Assembly: GCA_951406725.2 (NCBI GenBank)
Contig: OX597816.1
Span: 80,724,001-80,788,000, forward strand
Origin: Octopus vulgaris
Taxonomy: Eukaryota
DNA length: 64,000 nucleotides
Reading direction: 5' to 3'
A program made the position numbers and the translations under genes. Below are positions 40,758 to 54,140 of this stretch, piece by piece. Within the stretch, counting starts at the first letter, position 1. The number at the start of each line of letters is the position of its first letter. Below the pieces are notes generated by a model that did no database searches, was not told the DNA's origin, and saw only the letters and a program-made list of their open reading frames with translations.

Positions 40758-40950
40758 CAGACAGAATTTCAGACGAGACAACGGGACTTTCTGACAATTT
40801 TCAGAATGTCTGACAACGGGAATTTCAGAAACTGACATCAGTATAAGGAATTCCCGGACAGTGTTTTCGGACGATTATAGTCTCCCTCTGTATAGAATTA
40901 TGCGCATTAGAGCATTTTAGCTCTTATTTCTAGCAATGTAGGTGTTTCTA
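40481..40950 (+). repeat. Direct repeat ~130 bp (40481-40621 and 40828-40950)
   Basis: Both contain gaaactgac...tataaggaatt...tgttttcggacgattata...gcattagagcattttagctct.atttctagcaatg.aggtgtttct. Confidence 0.9.
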
Positions 40951-41109
40951 GCACATTAATCACATTTATTGACAATTATTTGTATGTTTGTGTATGTGTG
41001 TGTTTATATATATATGTGTGTATATATCCATATATATATATATATATACGTGTGTGTATATATAAATATATATATGAGTGGGTATGTGTGTATATATATA
41101 CTCATGTAC

Positions 41110-41149
<40 letters not shown>

Positions 41150-42063
41150 CTATACATATATATGTATGTGTGTATAATATATATATCCTCAGGTGTCATG
41201 CATACAGGACTCTGAGCTTGTGTGTGCCTGCATGCGCGAGCGTATATGCATAGATTGATGATAAAATAATTGATTAATATACTTAACCTGTAATGAATCA
41301 TAGACCTCGATAGCGATTAAACATACATATTGGATATAGGACAGCGCATTTACATTGCCTGTAGGTAATGGGAAAGAACGTGATCAAATATAGATTCTAT
41401 TAGCAATAAAAGCAAATTGATTACATATATAATGATATTTGCCATAGAGTAAACTGATGGCACGAGCGAAGATATATGATGTTTCATACTCTAATGATTG
41501 ACATGGAGAGAACAAAGATTGCGGAGAAGAATGGTAAAATGAGAATGTTAAAGACACAGAGAAATGTAATTTTATATCATGTAAAACATATAAGCAACTC
41601 GTTTCTCAACTGCTCGGTTTCATTTTCAGTCTCGCTACTTGGCACCTTGGGTAAATATCTTCTATCATAAGTCCAATCCAATACTTAGTATACGAGTTAG
41701 GCAGGGGATATTGGTCAAGTGATGAAATCACCTCTGATAAGACACCAACGAGGGTCGAAAATCGATTACGACTCGTTACTTTGTCTAATCTATGAAGAAA
41801 TATATATATATATATATAATAGAAATATTAAAATTACTAGTCTGACTAGCAAGGTAGAATGGAACCGCTGACCTTAGCAAAAACCTGTTCGAAGGTTGTA
41901 ATGGACACTGGTATTTGGTTCGTCTGTCATATGGCTAGCTAGAGGCGATGGCCTCTTGGAGCTAATCAGCGTCACCTCAGCTAATTTAGTCTTATATTTA
42001 CAGACTGCCATATTAGTATGGCGATAACTATTAATATATATATATATGCAGACTTATATTCAT

Positions 42064-42153
<90 letters not shown>
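42064..42153. repeat. (TAGA)n microsatellite
   Basis: Directly visible. Confidence 0.95.
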
Positions 42154-42154
<1 letters not shown>

Positions 42155-42393
42155 TGCATATAAATAGATACATATATGTATGTATGTATAAGATGTGTCT
42201 TCTTGATATAAAATATTATAGTATCGCTATTGCGAAGGCATTATAACGTTGTGTAACGCAGATCTCACTGTGCTGTTAAGAAATTCGCTGCGCATCTATG
42301 TGCTTCCGATTCTTTATGCACGTTTGGGATCTAGTGTGTGGAGTATGGAAGGCTGACACTGCAAAAAACATCATGTGTGAGCGTGCGTGTGTT

Positions 42394-42443
<50 letters not shown>

Positions 42444-43118
42444 TTTTATAGAATTCTGATAATATATTTCTTCACTGATAACAATACACACATACGTGTA
42501 TGGGTGGTATGTGTGTGTGAATGTGTGTGTGATTGTGTGTGTGTGTGTGTATCTGTGTGTGTAATTGTCTGCTCACTTATCCACTTCGTGTATGTATTTA
42601 TAAGATACTGATTTATATAATGTCCTCAATGAGTGTTATTTTCGTTTTCTTTTGTAAGAGAAAACATTAGTCTTCTTTTTTTTTTTCTTTAATAACTCTT
42701 GTCATTTATAGATAGAAAAACATCGATGCAGAATACTGCAAAAACCTATTATATGTACTGTGGTATATTGGGTAACAAAAGAAAAGTAATTTTATGATTG
42801 TGAGGTGGTGTTTACTGCGACGAAGACAATAGAGATTGCAATGAACATCTGTAATAAGAAGAAAAAAAAATTATAGCGTAAAACAGCTATCCTCGAATCA
42901 CATATGATCGTAAAGTCAAAATTATAGTTTATACATTACAGATATTGTATAGATAGGTCATACATTGTCGACTTTTCTTATCATATTATCTTTCTCAATT
43001 TAAATATTTTAAATTATTGTTTGCAGAACTTACCTCTGTATACTACACACACAATCAAACAATAGTATTTTGGCAAAATAAAATAGATGATACATATATG
43101 TATAAATACACATACATG

Positions 43119-43156
<38 letters not shown>

Positions 43157-43431
43157 GACACACACATAGCTGTCACATTTCAAAGTACACCAAACCAAGA
43201 CTTTTCATTACTCGTAAATTGTGCCCTGTCTCTATGTCAAATAGTCATCCTAAATCTAATGGCGTCTTTAATTGGCCTTGTAACATACTACTTACATATC
43301 CGATTGTACGTATTCTTAAATAAAACAAAACACTCCTCCTCCATATTTTGACCATTATATCCCTTCGATGAAGCAAAACACTTCACTATCTCTCGGTCTC
43401 CCACTCTTACTCTCTTACTAAATACATAAAT

Positions 43432-43800
43432 ATTCATTTTAAAAGTTATCTCTATAGATCTTCAACTGAATTCAGAGTCAGTACTGCAAGTTACAACGTT
43501 TTGGTAAACAAATACGTATACGTAAACAATGCGATCGAATAGAGAAAAAGAAGGTATTGATTGTATATTCATATTTTAGGGATTATTGTCCGTTCGTCAG
43601 TTCTTCATCTAACACATCATAGTGAGGTGCTGATGAAAGGACAATAACCTTGCAAGAATTATATTCACCCATCACCTATTTTTTTAATGTCGGATCACGT
43701 TATTTACGGAAACATATTTGTTCACGAAACGTCGTACATTAAATTGCTGGGTCTCTCTGAATTGTATAGAAAATGTATAGAGATAAATATTAAAATGAAA
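43432..43800. mobile_element. Long-TIR MITE, same family as 29044-29695
   Basis: Left ttcattttaaaagttatctctatag..ctgcaagttacaacgttt..acaatgcgatcga; right tatagagataaatattaaaatgaa is its reverse complement. Confidence 0.7.
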
Positions 43801-43841
43801 TTATACTACTGTTCACACACTGTAAAACGCCGTATTGACTT

Positions 43842-43922
<81 letters not shown>

Positions 43923-44807
43923 GCATGCATCATTAGAATTATATGTCTTAGTCACAATATTTTAATATTACAAGCGTTAGGAATTATCCGTTTAGTCAGG
44001 TAACAAACGTAACTCCTGCACAGCTTTTCTCATAAACATTTAAAAATATATTTATAAACATTTATCACAGTTTTCCAAGCTCTTTAAATTACACCCACTT
44101 ATCCCAAACATTTATATATTTAAAATATCCGTCTTAATTACTACCGTCAGTAAATATTTGTAGCTTTACACACACACGCGCACAACTGAACGCTTCTATG
44201 CTTACGGATACATGTGCATTTGTATAAACATGAATATAAAAATATCAAATTCCCAGACAAAAGTACACGCTCGCTCAATAATATTGTCTAAGTTAATATA
44301 CCCAAGTATTAATTTATTTTTACATGTCAACGCCCCTGTCTTTAATAAATTACCGTAAATGTCAATGTCTACCACATTTCTACGTATAATACGCTCTTGA
44401 TTTGTACAAATTATATTATAAACTAATACTATTATGCATAACACACAATGCTGCACAACTGACTACAAGAATGAATAATCTACTATGATCCAATAGATTA
44501 GCTTTTAATATCTTTTTTTTATATAAAATGCATTTATCTATTAGAAAAAAAATAATGTACATATTATCGATAAAATTAACCATAAATAATTGTGTGTAAA
44601 TAATAAAAGTTACCTGAAAAAGTTTATATTCTGATACACTAATCGCCAACATTTTGCTATTCAAGCGTATCAGCTAGTTTTCAGCTCAGTTAAACATAAT
44701 AAAGTTTACTGCTGGTTATGGCGATAGAGTAGCAGCAAGATGCTTTAGCATGATTAAATGTAACGTCCATGGAAGCACGCACAAGATAAGCGTAATGTTA
44801 TAACCAA

Positions 44808-44841
44808 CTAACAATAATAATAATAATAATAATAATATTCA

Positions 44842-44919
<78 letters not shown>

Positions 44920-44922
44920 AAG

Positions 44923-44954
<32 letters not shown>

Positions 44955-44984
44955 GAAGAAGAAGAAGAAGAAGAAGAAGAAGAA
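44808..44984. repeat. (AAT)n followed by (AAG)n
   Basis: Directly visible. Confidence 0.95.
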
Positions 44985-45115
44985 ACATTCTTTCTTATTT
45001 TGGCACAAGACCAGAAGTCGATTAATTCTGAGTTCTCAACTGGTACTTATTTTACAGATGTTATCGACTTGCTCCTTCTCAACAAATTTCAGGTCTTGCG
45101 CCTATAATAGAAAGG

Positions 45116-45147
<32 letters not shown>

Positions 45148-45830
45148 TGTCTGTCAAGTCACAACAAGGAACTCAGACAGACACGACTTTACGCAATATG
45201 AGGATTTTGCTAGTCTCCGACTCTGCCACTCTCTACAGTTTGTACTCACACCACGCATTACCTCTCTCTAGCCCCCACTTTTCTCAGATTCCAACGTAAC
45301 ACTCATGCTACCTGGTCGTGTTGCCACAACTTGTAGTGGATTTGGCAAGTCTAAGGCATTTGTTCGTGATATTGGCAATGGTTTCACTCACTCTACTGCA
45401 GATGCGTAACAGCAGAGACACTTGCTCATTCTTCAGGTTGACCCTCCAGTTCATGGCCAGAGTTTGGTCCTGCGCTGCCAGTATAGTACTCTCGGTCTCA
45501 TTTCCAGAGTTCCTTTCATCAGCCAATCACACCAAGTTTTTCCAGTAACTCTGCTGTGGATACATGGAACTGATTGTGTTGTCCCTTGTTGCGTAGTTCT
45601 TCCTTTGTTTTCCCTTTTTTCTGACCATGTAATTCCATGAGAGTAGGGTTTCATCTCTCTCGTTGGCTGTTCGTGATCGGAATTCATGAGCACTCTCAAG
45701 TCCTTTTTGATAAATCCTTCTGCATTAGCAGCATATTGTAGGTGTTGTTTGCTGGTTACCAAATATTCAGACATAGTTTGCTGGTTACCAAATATTCAGA
45801 CATATACTTCAGACATAGTATTTCAAAATC
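45148..45830 (-). mobile_element. Decayed third R4/Dong-type LINE subfamily
   Basis: WCDWLMKGTL/ETESTILAAQDQTL..LRICSRVSETIANITNKC.LAK; internal deletion; 3' end runs into (TAA)n at ~45117-45147. Confidence 0.8.
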
Positions 45831-46578
45831 TTCATTGTCTAAAACTACATTGTTTTTCATGAGGTGCAAACTGAGGGACGTGTAACACCTATTTGTGGCA
45901 GGCTAAATCGCTCTGCATTGTTTAACGTCCACGTTACTTATGAAGATAGGGTGTGCTTTACGGGAGATATGACTGCTATTGTTAGAGAGTTCGTTTTACA
46001 ATTTTCTAACATTGGGAACTTATCAAAATAAGTACCATCAACTGGTATTAGTATCCACTTAATCGATGGTGCACTCCCACGAAAATGTGTGGCCGTTAGC
46101 CAATATTACATATCAGCTATTTATCGGACTTTTTTCTTCTCGAGACATATCTTGTTATATGTCCTAGATTTTTATTTAGAAGGAAATTGTTATTTGTTTG
46201 TGCTTTGTGTTTTCTTTGGTTGCCTGTTTTTTTTTTTTTTGTTCTTTTTCTAAATATCTCATTAGAATCAACAATGGTGAAAGCAAGAAGGAAAAACAAA
46301 CATTTTGACATATGTTGAATGTGTAACATTTACATTCCCTTGTGAAATACGGATGTCTAGCACATCTTTATTTCTCCTGACTGCTGATCACCCCCTCTCT
46401 CTCTCTCTCACATATATATATATATATATAACACATACATACATATATATATGTATATAAGACATACATACATAGATATTTATATATATATATATATATA
46501 TAAACACATTCATATATATATGTATATAAGACATACATACATACATACATATTTATATATATATATATATATATATAA

Positions 46579-46619
<41 letters not shown>

Positions 46620-46957
46620 AGACATACATACATACATATATATAACCACATAACCACTTCTTACTCCGATTCTTTTACTTCATTTTCTCCGCCATTCTAT
46701 ATTATATCATATCTAACATTCTGTATCCCTTCCACTCTTCACAGACATTCTTCGTATGTCGTATGTTTGCTTCTCTTCTTGTTTTCCCGTTTGTTTCTTT
46801 TCAACATACTTTGGCTTTGCTACAGTTGTTGTTTTCTTCTTTCAAGCATCTGGTATTTTTCTCTATTTATTGAATTGATTTTTTCCTTTTGCTTTTACAT
46901 TCGCCATATTTATCTCTGTGTGTTTGTCTCTGTCTGTCTGTCTGTCTGTCTGTCTGT

Positions 46958-47009
<52 letters not shown>

Positions 47010-48149
47010 CTGTCACATCTACTCTCTCTTATTAATTCATCTCATGTCCAATCATAAACCTATTTCTCCTTGTACTTCTTATTTCTTCGGTTTTTTTTTC
47101 GTTGTATTTTTATGCAAACCTTATATTTCTTTCACTCATCCGTTTTCTCATATTTACAGTCGGAGCTTCTTCATCATCACCTACACTTCTACATCATCTC
47201 CACTTCCTTTCAGTTGATTCATATCCTGATCTGTCCCATTTGTGTGTGTGAGTGTGTGTGTGTGTGTAATTTTATTCGACTCTCCTTCTCGAGACAGATA
47301 TCGGCACGTAACCATATGCAACACCAAAATTATGATAAACACCAACCCCAAAGATGTGGAATAAACTATGACCTCTGACACTTGCAATAGTGCTATCGTA
47401 CAATTTACGCAAGAGAAACAACCACAATGAAACCTAATAACTAGATAATATTAAAATAGATTAGCGTTCAAGAGAAGGAGCTTCTATATGGTCGCATAAC
47501 TAGCTAGAAAGAACAGACATATCCTACCGTTTAAGAAAATACAAACTGAGTAATGCAGCGGTCCTTGACTCTATTTAGACAGGTAAAAAAGGTTATGGTC
47601 ACTTCTGGAGTGTCTTTGATTTTAAATCTGTTAATCTGTGATTAAACAACGACCCAACCATCAACAACAGAAGATTATGGATGGTGAAATTTATAAATCA
47701 ATCTAGCACGGATAAATCTTGTTGTGAAGGCTGAATCCACATACTTACCAGATTGCTTGTGTAAGGAACATATATAAGCTTTACACAAGCTGTTTAAATT
47801 AATTCTTCTGAGGGCGCTGCGTGTCCAACAAGATTATAACTGATGAGCAAACATGTGGAAAGAATGGAGAGTAAGGATATTCCGAATAACTTTTAATTAA
47901 TAAAGCTGTAATATCTAGGAAAAATACACCAGAGAAATCTTGTGAGAGTATGGCGTGATTACACAAAGGCAATTGATTCTATTCTTCACTGATGTTTGCT
48001 GGAATCACTGAACTTGGCAGAAGTAACTGTTGTCATTGAAATGTCACAATAAACTTCTTGACCCAAGTAATTCAAAACGCAGCGGTTATGTATGATGCTA
48101 TGCATCTTTCGAAATGAATATTCCTTGGAGATAGTCACTCTTTGTGCTG

Positions 48150-49130
48150 CTGCAAATATTGACAGTAAACCTTTTCTTATTTCTTTGACAAAAATCCAGT
48201 GGTTATATGCTAATGCTTACAACATCCAGAAACGTAGATGTAACCTTTAATATCTCTATCGACAATCTAAAAATCTATAGGAAACAGTTGGATTTAATAA
48301 CCATGTATTCAGCTCTGACTGTCATATTTTAAAGCCTGATGTATTAATTTTTTCCTATCGCTATAGTCATATTTAAGAGTTGTGCGTGGGAAAATTACCT
48401 CCCAGAGTGAAAACATTCACATCAAAGGTCTTTCTGCTTTCTTTGTTCCAAACAATGTTATAAAATCTTTGGTTATTGATGACAATATAGCTTACAATGG
48501 TGCTGAGATTAAAGATAACGTGACCTAGAGAGTTACATCAGGCTTAAAAAATATGGTAATCAATACTTCACAATGCATTTGTAGTACGAATATTGGCGCC
48601 AGTATTTAATATAATTAATTGGATAATAAAGAGAATACGGTTTATTGATATCAAAATATGAAAATAAGTTTGACATCAATTGAAAGTTGCCATGCAGTGA
48701 TATCGATAAGCGCTAATTTTGAGGAGTATACAGGAGAAGATTACATCCTGTTTAGACAGTTTTCTGCATCCAGGGTAGCACTTTGGCAAAGATTGCGAAA
48801 AACAGTAGCAAAATTAAAAACATCAATGAAATTTTCCAAACAAAGGAGTACAACAGATTGCATGTCGAGAGTGTAGTCAAGTACTCAGCATATAATGGTA
48901 TTTTGTGTGATCTCAGAACTGACGCGGATATATAATAACTAGGAAGAACACACATAGCATCAATTACTCTACAAAAATGTTATATATTAATATTTCAACT
49001 ATAAATTTGAAAAAATTCTATCAATAATAGGAAATGAAACCTTTTCTATAGTTGTGGCTGTTACATCACGTTACCAAGATGAAACTAAAACGTTCAGTTA
49101 AATTGCATCTCTATGTAAGATATCAGACCT
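48150..49130 (+). pseudogene. Possible very old hAT transposase remnant
   Basis: Weak echoes in the expected order: ISLTKIQW (cf. FSLT.D.W), IAYNGAEIK (cf. TDNGANI), LWQRLRKTVAKLKTS, PR*N* (cf. TRWNS). Confidence 0.3.
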
Positions 49131-49491
49131 ATACTTAGTATAGAACTAAATAAAAGTACAACTAAATAAAAGTACAAGTCGAATCCGAAGTAGTTGTCTG
49201 GTACAGAAAAGGAAATCAGTTAGAATTGCAGAGGTCAGCTTCGGAACAGATACGAACATTTCAATCGAAATTATCACGAATGCGAAGATTTAACAAACTT
49301 TTATATCCAAATTACACATTTACATGGTTTACTATAGCTTTTGGTGCTTTTGCGTTTGTTACTAAAGGTTTAAGTGATTAGTCTTAAATTGATGGGGGGG
49401 CAGGGTCTTCAGACAGGGGAAGAAAACATAATCGAATATATTTTCTGTAAATAAGAGGAACATATTTATGATAAAGTTTGACATTTAACTG

Positions 49492-49791
49492 TGGAGGTGC
49501 AATGGCCCAATGGTTGGGGCAGCGGACTCGCTGTCGAAGGATCGCAGTTTCGATTCCCAGACCGAGCGTTGTGTGTGTCTATTGAGCGAAAACACCTAAA
49601 TGGGTGGCGGCGACCCCTGTTGCACTCTTTCGCCACAACTTTCTTTCACTCTCTCTTCCTGTTGCTTGAGTAACGCTGCGATGGACTGGCGTCCCGTCCA
49701 GCTGTGGGGAACACATACGCCACAGAAACCGGGAAACCGGGTCCATGAGCCTGGCTAGGCTTGAAAAGGGCGACGTTTATCGTTTTTTTTT
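49492..49791 (+). mobile_element. tRNA-derived SINE, full length with 11-bp TSD
   Basis: tggcccaatgg (A box), gtttcgattccc (B box), ctgcgatggactggcgtcccgtccag (resembles V-domain SINE core, from memory), T-rich end; TSD acatttaactg at 49481-49491 and 49792-49802. Confidence 0.9.
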
Positions 49792-50967
49792 ACATTTAAC
49801 TGATGACGTTTGGTTTCTTAATAAAAAGAAAACATGTCATTCCTTAAAGAATCGATAAGAATTTTAAGGAAAGAGAGAAAACTATGGGAAAAAAAAAATT
49901 TAACTCGATGTAGTCATACAACCTGCGAGCCTTTCTCTAAATATATGGCGACTAAAATTTTTATTCCGACTTCCTGTATCATATAAAATATAACTACATA
50001 GCTGACACCAAAATCAGTGCAAATCAAAGTCCGCTGATTGCTGATCTCATGGTTGCTGTTTAATTTCTTTTTTTTGTTACCCATTTTACTCTCAAATCCA
50101 AACTCCCATCACAAGCCAGCGATCTTCAAAAGGTAATCTGAAATTTTAACATATTAGTCATACATCAGTTGTGATCAAACATCAGTTGTGCTAGACCGAC
50201 AGGAAGGATATAGGCATGGCCTTTCCTCTTTAAGTGAAAGAGTAGATTTACAAATCGAAAATATTCATATGTAGGGAACTGTGCGTGTATGTATTTGTGT
50301 AAATATAGGTTCATATATATATATATATGCGTGCGTGTTTAGTGTATATGAATATTTTATCGAAGCATAAATTCGTTCCGATTAAGATAGCATATACAAA
50401 TCTGCTTCGTATTATATGGTTATAATACTATTATCATAGCTTTAAAAGCTTTAATATTTTTATTTTCAGTGAAAAATACTTCGATTTTACAGGGGCTGAG
50501 ATATGGACTGTGAGGTAAATGCACTCACGTGTGTACGCACGCGCGTACGTGCGCGCGTGTGTGTGTGTGAGTGCTTGTGTTTGCGTATGTGTGCAAATAC
50601 GAGTGCAGGCATAACTTCTTTACGCAAACACCTCGTTCCAGAATGTGTCTTTATCAAAACCTTCGGTTGACTATTGTCATGTGAGTGAAATTTTGTCGAC
50701 ACAAACTGTGCGTATACAGTCATCAACATTTCTCTCTTTACTTCTGTATTTTATGCTCGCGTGTGTATATGTTTACGTCAGCGTGGCGTGAACAAAATTG
50801 CTATATTGTTAGGTTGACCTATAACTCCCGCTTTTTGCAAAAGCGGTAAGATCAATAAAATTAGTACTAAAGTAACAGAGTAACAGCCTAGAAGCCGATG
50901 ATTCCAAAAGTTCGTGTAATTACTGGACCAAAAAATAAAAGAGATACATAGACAAACAGCCAGATAA

Positions 50968-51012
<45 letters not shown>

Positions 51013-51114
51013 TTGATTGATTGATTGATTGATTGATCGATTAAGTGAGTGAGTCATACAGGAGTATTCAATTCTAATAATTCTGTTTACATAATATGTA
51101 AGATGAGATTAAAA

Positions 51115-51280
51115 TATTATTTTCAACTCTATGCACAAGGCCCGAAATTTTGGGGAAGGGGGAACAGTCGATTAGATCGACCGCAGTACGCAACTGGTAC
51201 TTAATTTATCGACCCCGAAAGGATGAAAGGCAAAGTCGACCTCAGCGGAATTTGAACTCAGAACGTTAAAACAGACGAAT
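51115..51280 (-). mobile_element. SINE family B, head-truncated, little diverged
   Basis: gcacaaggcccgaaattt...ggtacttaatttatcgaccccgaaaggatgaaaggcaaagtcgacctc. Confidence 0.9.
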
Positions 51281-52285
51281 GAAATTAACATATTCTAAGA
51301 ATTCTAATAATTATGAGCCTTTTTAGATCAGGTTTCATTGGAGTTCATCATTTTGATATGTTGCTGAAGTGAACAATTTATTTCAGGCACTTATTAGTGA
51401 ATGTTCTTATAAGCTTTCACCATATAACACCACAGTATCTTCTATATCAAAGTTTAAATAGAATTTAAAACCATTACTAATTCGCAGATACAAAAAGTAA
51501 AATTGAAGACTGGTAGTTGACGAAAAAATAAACAAATATTTGCACTTGGACTTGAACAATCCGCCAAGAAATTCATACAGAGCTTTCCGGTAGCATTGGA
51601 CACAATTCTATGACTAAAGTCTTGTATTTTTCAGACACTTTACATTAATAAAGAGTTTGAGACGAGATTATAGATATATAAAAGCAAGATTGTAGATATA
51701 CTACTATAATAATTATATACGATATCCCAGGAAGATTGTCGTTAGACATTTGAATTATATTTTCCGTAAATATTAATAAGTTCTATTAAAAGTAAAATAT
51801 TCTGCTAAATAATACAAATTTACGGCTAATATGCCATTGATTTTCCCTTCAATTCTTATCCATTTTTATCTTTCAATTTGGTTTCGGTATATCTATATCT
51901 TACTAACTAATAGCAATCTATTCTAGACTTTTAATGTTGCCAGGAAAAGCAAATTGGAACAAATGTTATTACATTGCCGGCATAAAGGTCACATGCAAAG
52001 GTCAATAGCATTTTCGTGGATGGGAGCTACAAAATTGATATGCGAGAGTCTCTTACATCAGAAGGTAGGCGGGCAACATTCCATTGTGAATGCACAGGAG
52101 ATAAGATGTAAGGGTAGGGTATTTGCGAGGTGTGACCTTACATTGATATGGTTTACATTGTCTAACATCTGCACATCCTAACCGAAACGTGTAGTTAAGC
52201 TTAACAGGAAGCTAGATATGATATATTAAGTTTGACAGGCTGACAGATTGGCAGAGTTAGCCTGTTGATGTGAGCGTATGTATGA

Positions 52286-52330
<45 letters not shown>

Positions 52331-52588
52331 CGCGCGCGTGTGTGTGTGTGACTGCATTTTGTAGATGTAAGATGGTGAAGAATAGGATATATAGATATAT
52401 ATACATCTATATAAATATATATGTGTATCTGTATATATATATATATATATATATATACGTTAATGAATGTATTTTAAATTAAACAAATTTAAGTTAAAAT
52501 AAGAACCGTAATGAACAAGTGAAGAACATATATATAATGCGCGTGTTTATTTGGCAAAAAAAGTAACCATCGCGAAATATAACAATCA

Positions 52589-52630
<42 letters not shown>

Positions 52631-52753
52631 ATTATATGTATGTATGTATTTATAACACCTTTTTGGGGGTTGGTTTGCAAGAAACTTGTTGCATCTCAAA
52701 AGGGGCAGTAGTCCAATAAATACATGCACCGATATTATTTCATTTCTCTGCTA

Positions 52754-53003
52754 TTCATTTGTCAATTTGTTAAATATTTAACCACTAAATTAATCTTTTA
52801 GCTAGTCAATCAATTAGTTAGGCTTTTTTTAAGTAACAGAACTGAAGCAGGCCAGCAACAGTGGGTGCATGTCGTCGATGAGGTTGTCGATGGCAACGAA
52901 GACTTTGACAAATGTGGCTGCTAAGTAGATTAACTGAACAATTAACTAGACAATTAACTATTAGGTAATTGGTTAAATAGCTAACGAACTGAGAAATAAT
53001 GAA
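52754..53003. repeat. Old imperfect inverted repeat (possible decayed MITE)
   Basis: ttcattt..tatttaacca..ctagtcaat vs attaactag..tggttaaatag..aatgaa. Confidence 0.45.
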
Positions 53004-53249
53004 GAAGAGAATTGGAATTAATGTTTGTCTCTATTATTTGCGTAATGACCCTCACTTAATATAACTATGTCTATTATGTAACGTATATTTTGTATTTATA
53101 TTATGGTATTATGTAATGCATAGGTAATATACACTGAATATAATGATACATATTTTATATTTATGCTTTGTATGATATATACAATGTATCGTATATCTTT
53201 ATACATATAATTCACACACTCATTATATTTGAATGAGTACGTGTACATA

Positions 53250-53549
53250 CGAGTTCTGATCAAGGACTGTTGGTATAGTAACGAAGATAAAGCATGGAAA
53301 GTGAAGCTACTTGACACAGATTGACCTTGAACTCTACTGTGCATGTGCACTAAGTTTTAACGTTCTAGCTCACTTCAACTGTTTACAACAGTGCTTTCTT
53401 CCTAGCACTGATGTAAACAACGAAAGCAAGCTAGAACATTAAGACATGCAAAGCAGAGTTCAAAGTCAATTTGTGCCAAGCGGTGACACTCTACGTGCTT
53501 TAAGTTTGTTACTATGACAACAGTCCGGATACTTATTGATCAGACATCG
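53250..53549. mobile_element. 300-bp foldback MITE of Tc1/mariner type with TA TSDs
   Basis: TA|cgagttctgatcaa...ttgatcagacatcg|TA; arms pair to the centre (tgtttacaacagtgct-ttcttcct-agcactgatgtaaaca). Confidence 0.88.
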
Positions 53550-53923
53550 TATATTATTATGTATATGCGTGCGTGTGTGGAAATACTGTTGTCGGCATAG
53601 TGATATGACAGGCATAAATCTATGTAAACATACACATACTTCCAGTATATATTGTTACTAAAATCTTGTTCGGAGGTTTTGATTACAGCTAGAGCATAGA
53701 TACATGACAGACAACAAATTGAATGCGAATTGATTAAGGGCATTATAATTATCGAAATGCCCTCCTTTACGAAACTGAAATTTTACTTTTACCGTTTGAG
53801 GAATAAGTCCTGTCTCCGTTTTCCGATATTAAGAGCAATATTTTCTTTTTTTATTAGTAATGGTTATATACAACTGACGTGAGTACAGTATATTACTAAC
53901 TCTGAATATACCGACACCTAGGA

Positions 53924-54140
53924 AAGTGGCGATGTAGCAGAATCTTTACGGCGCCGGAAAAAATGCTTATCAGTATTTCATGCGTTTTTACGTTCTGAGT
54001 TCAAATTCCACCGAGGTCGATTTTTGCGTTTCATCCTTACTGGGCCGATAGAATAAGAACCAACTGGACACGGGGTCGCTGTAATCGACATACCCACTAC
54101 CCGTAATTAATGGCCTTGTGCCTAAATTAGAAACCAATAT
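53924..54140 (+). mobile_element. SINE family B
   Basis: cgttctgagttcaaattccaccgaggtcga...tttcatcctt...ggccttgtgcct. Confidence 0.85.

Noticed and set aside
49145-49177. 16-bp tandem duplication (similar ones at ~4035-4060 and ~39075-39107)
   Set aside because: Ordinary slippage duplications with no further structure
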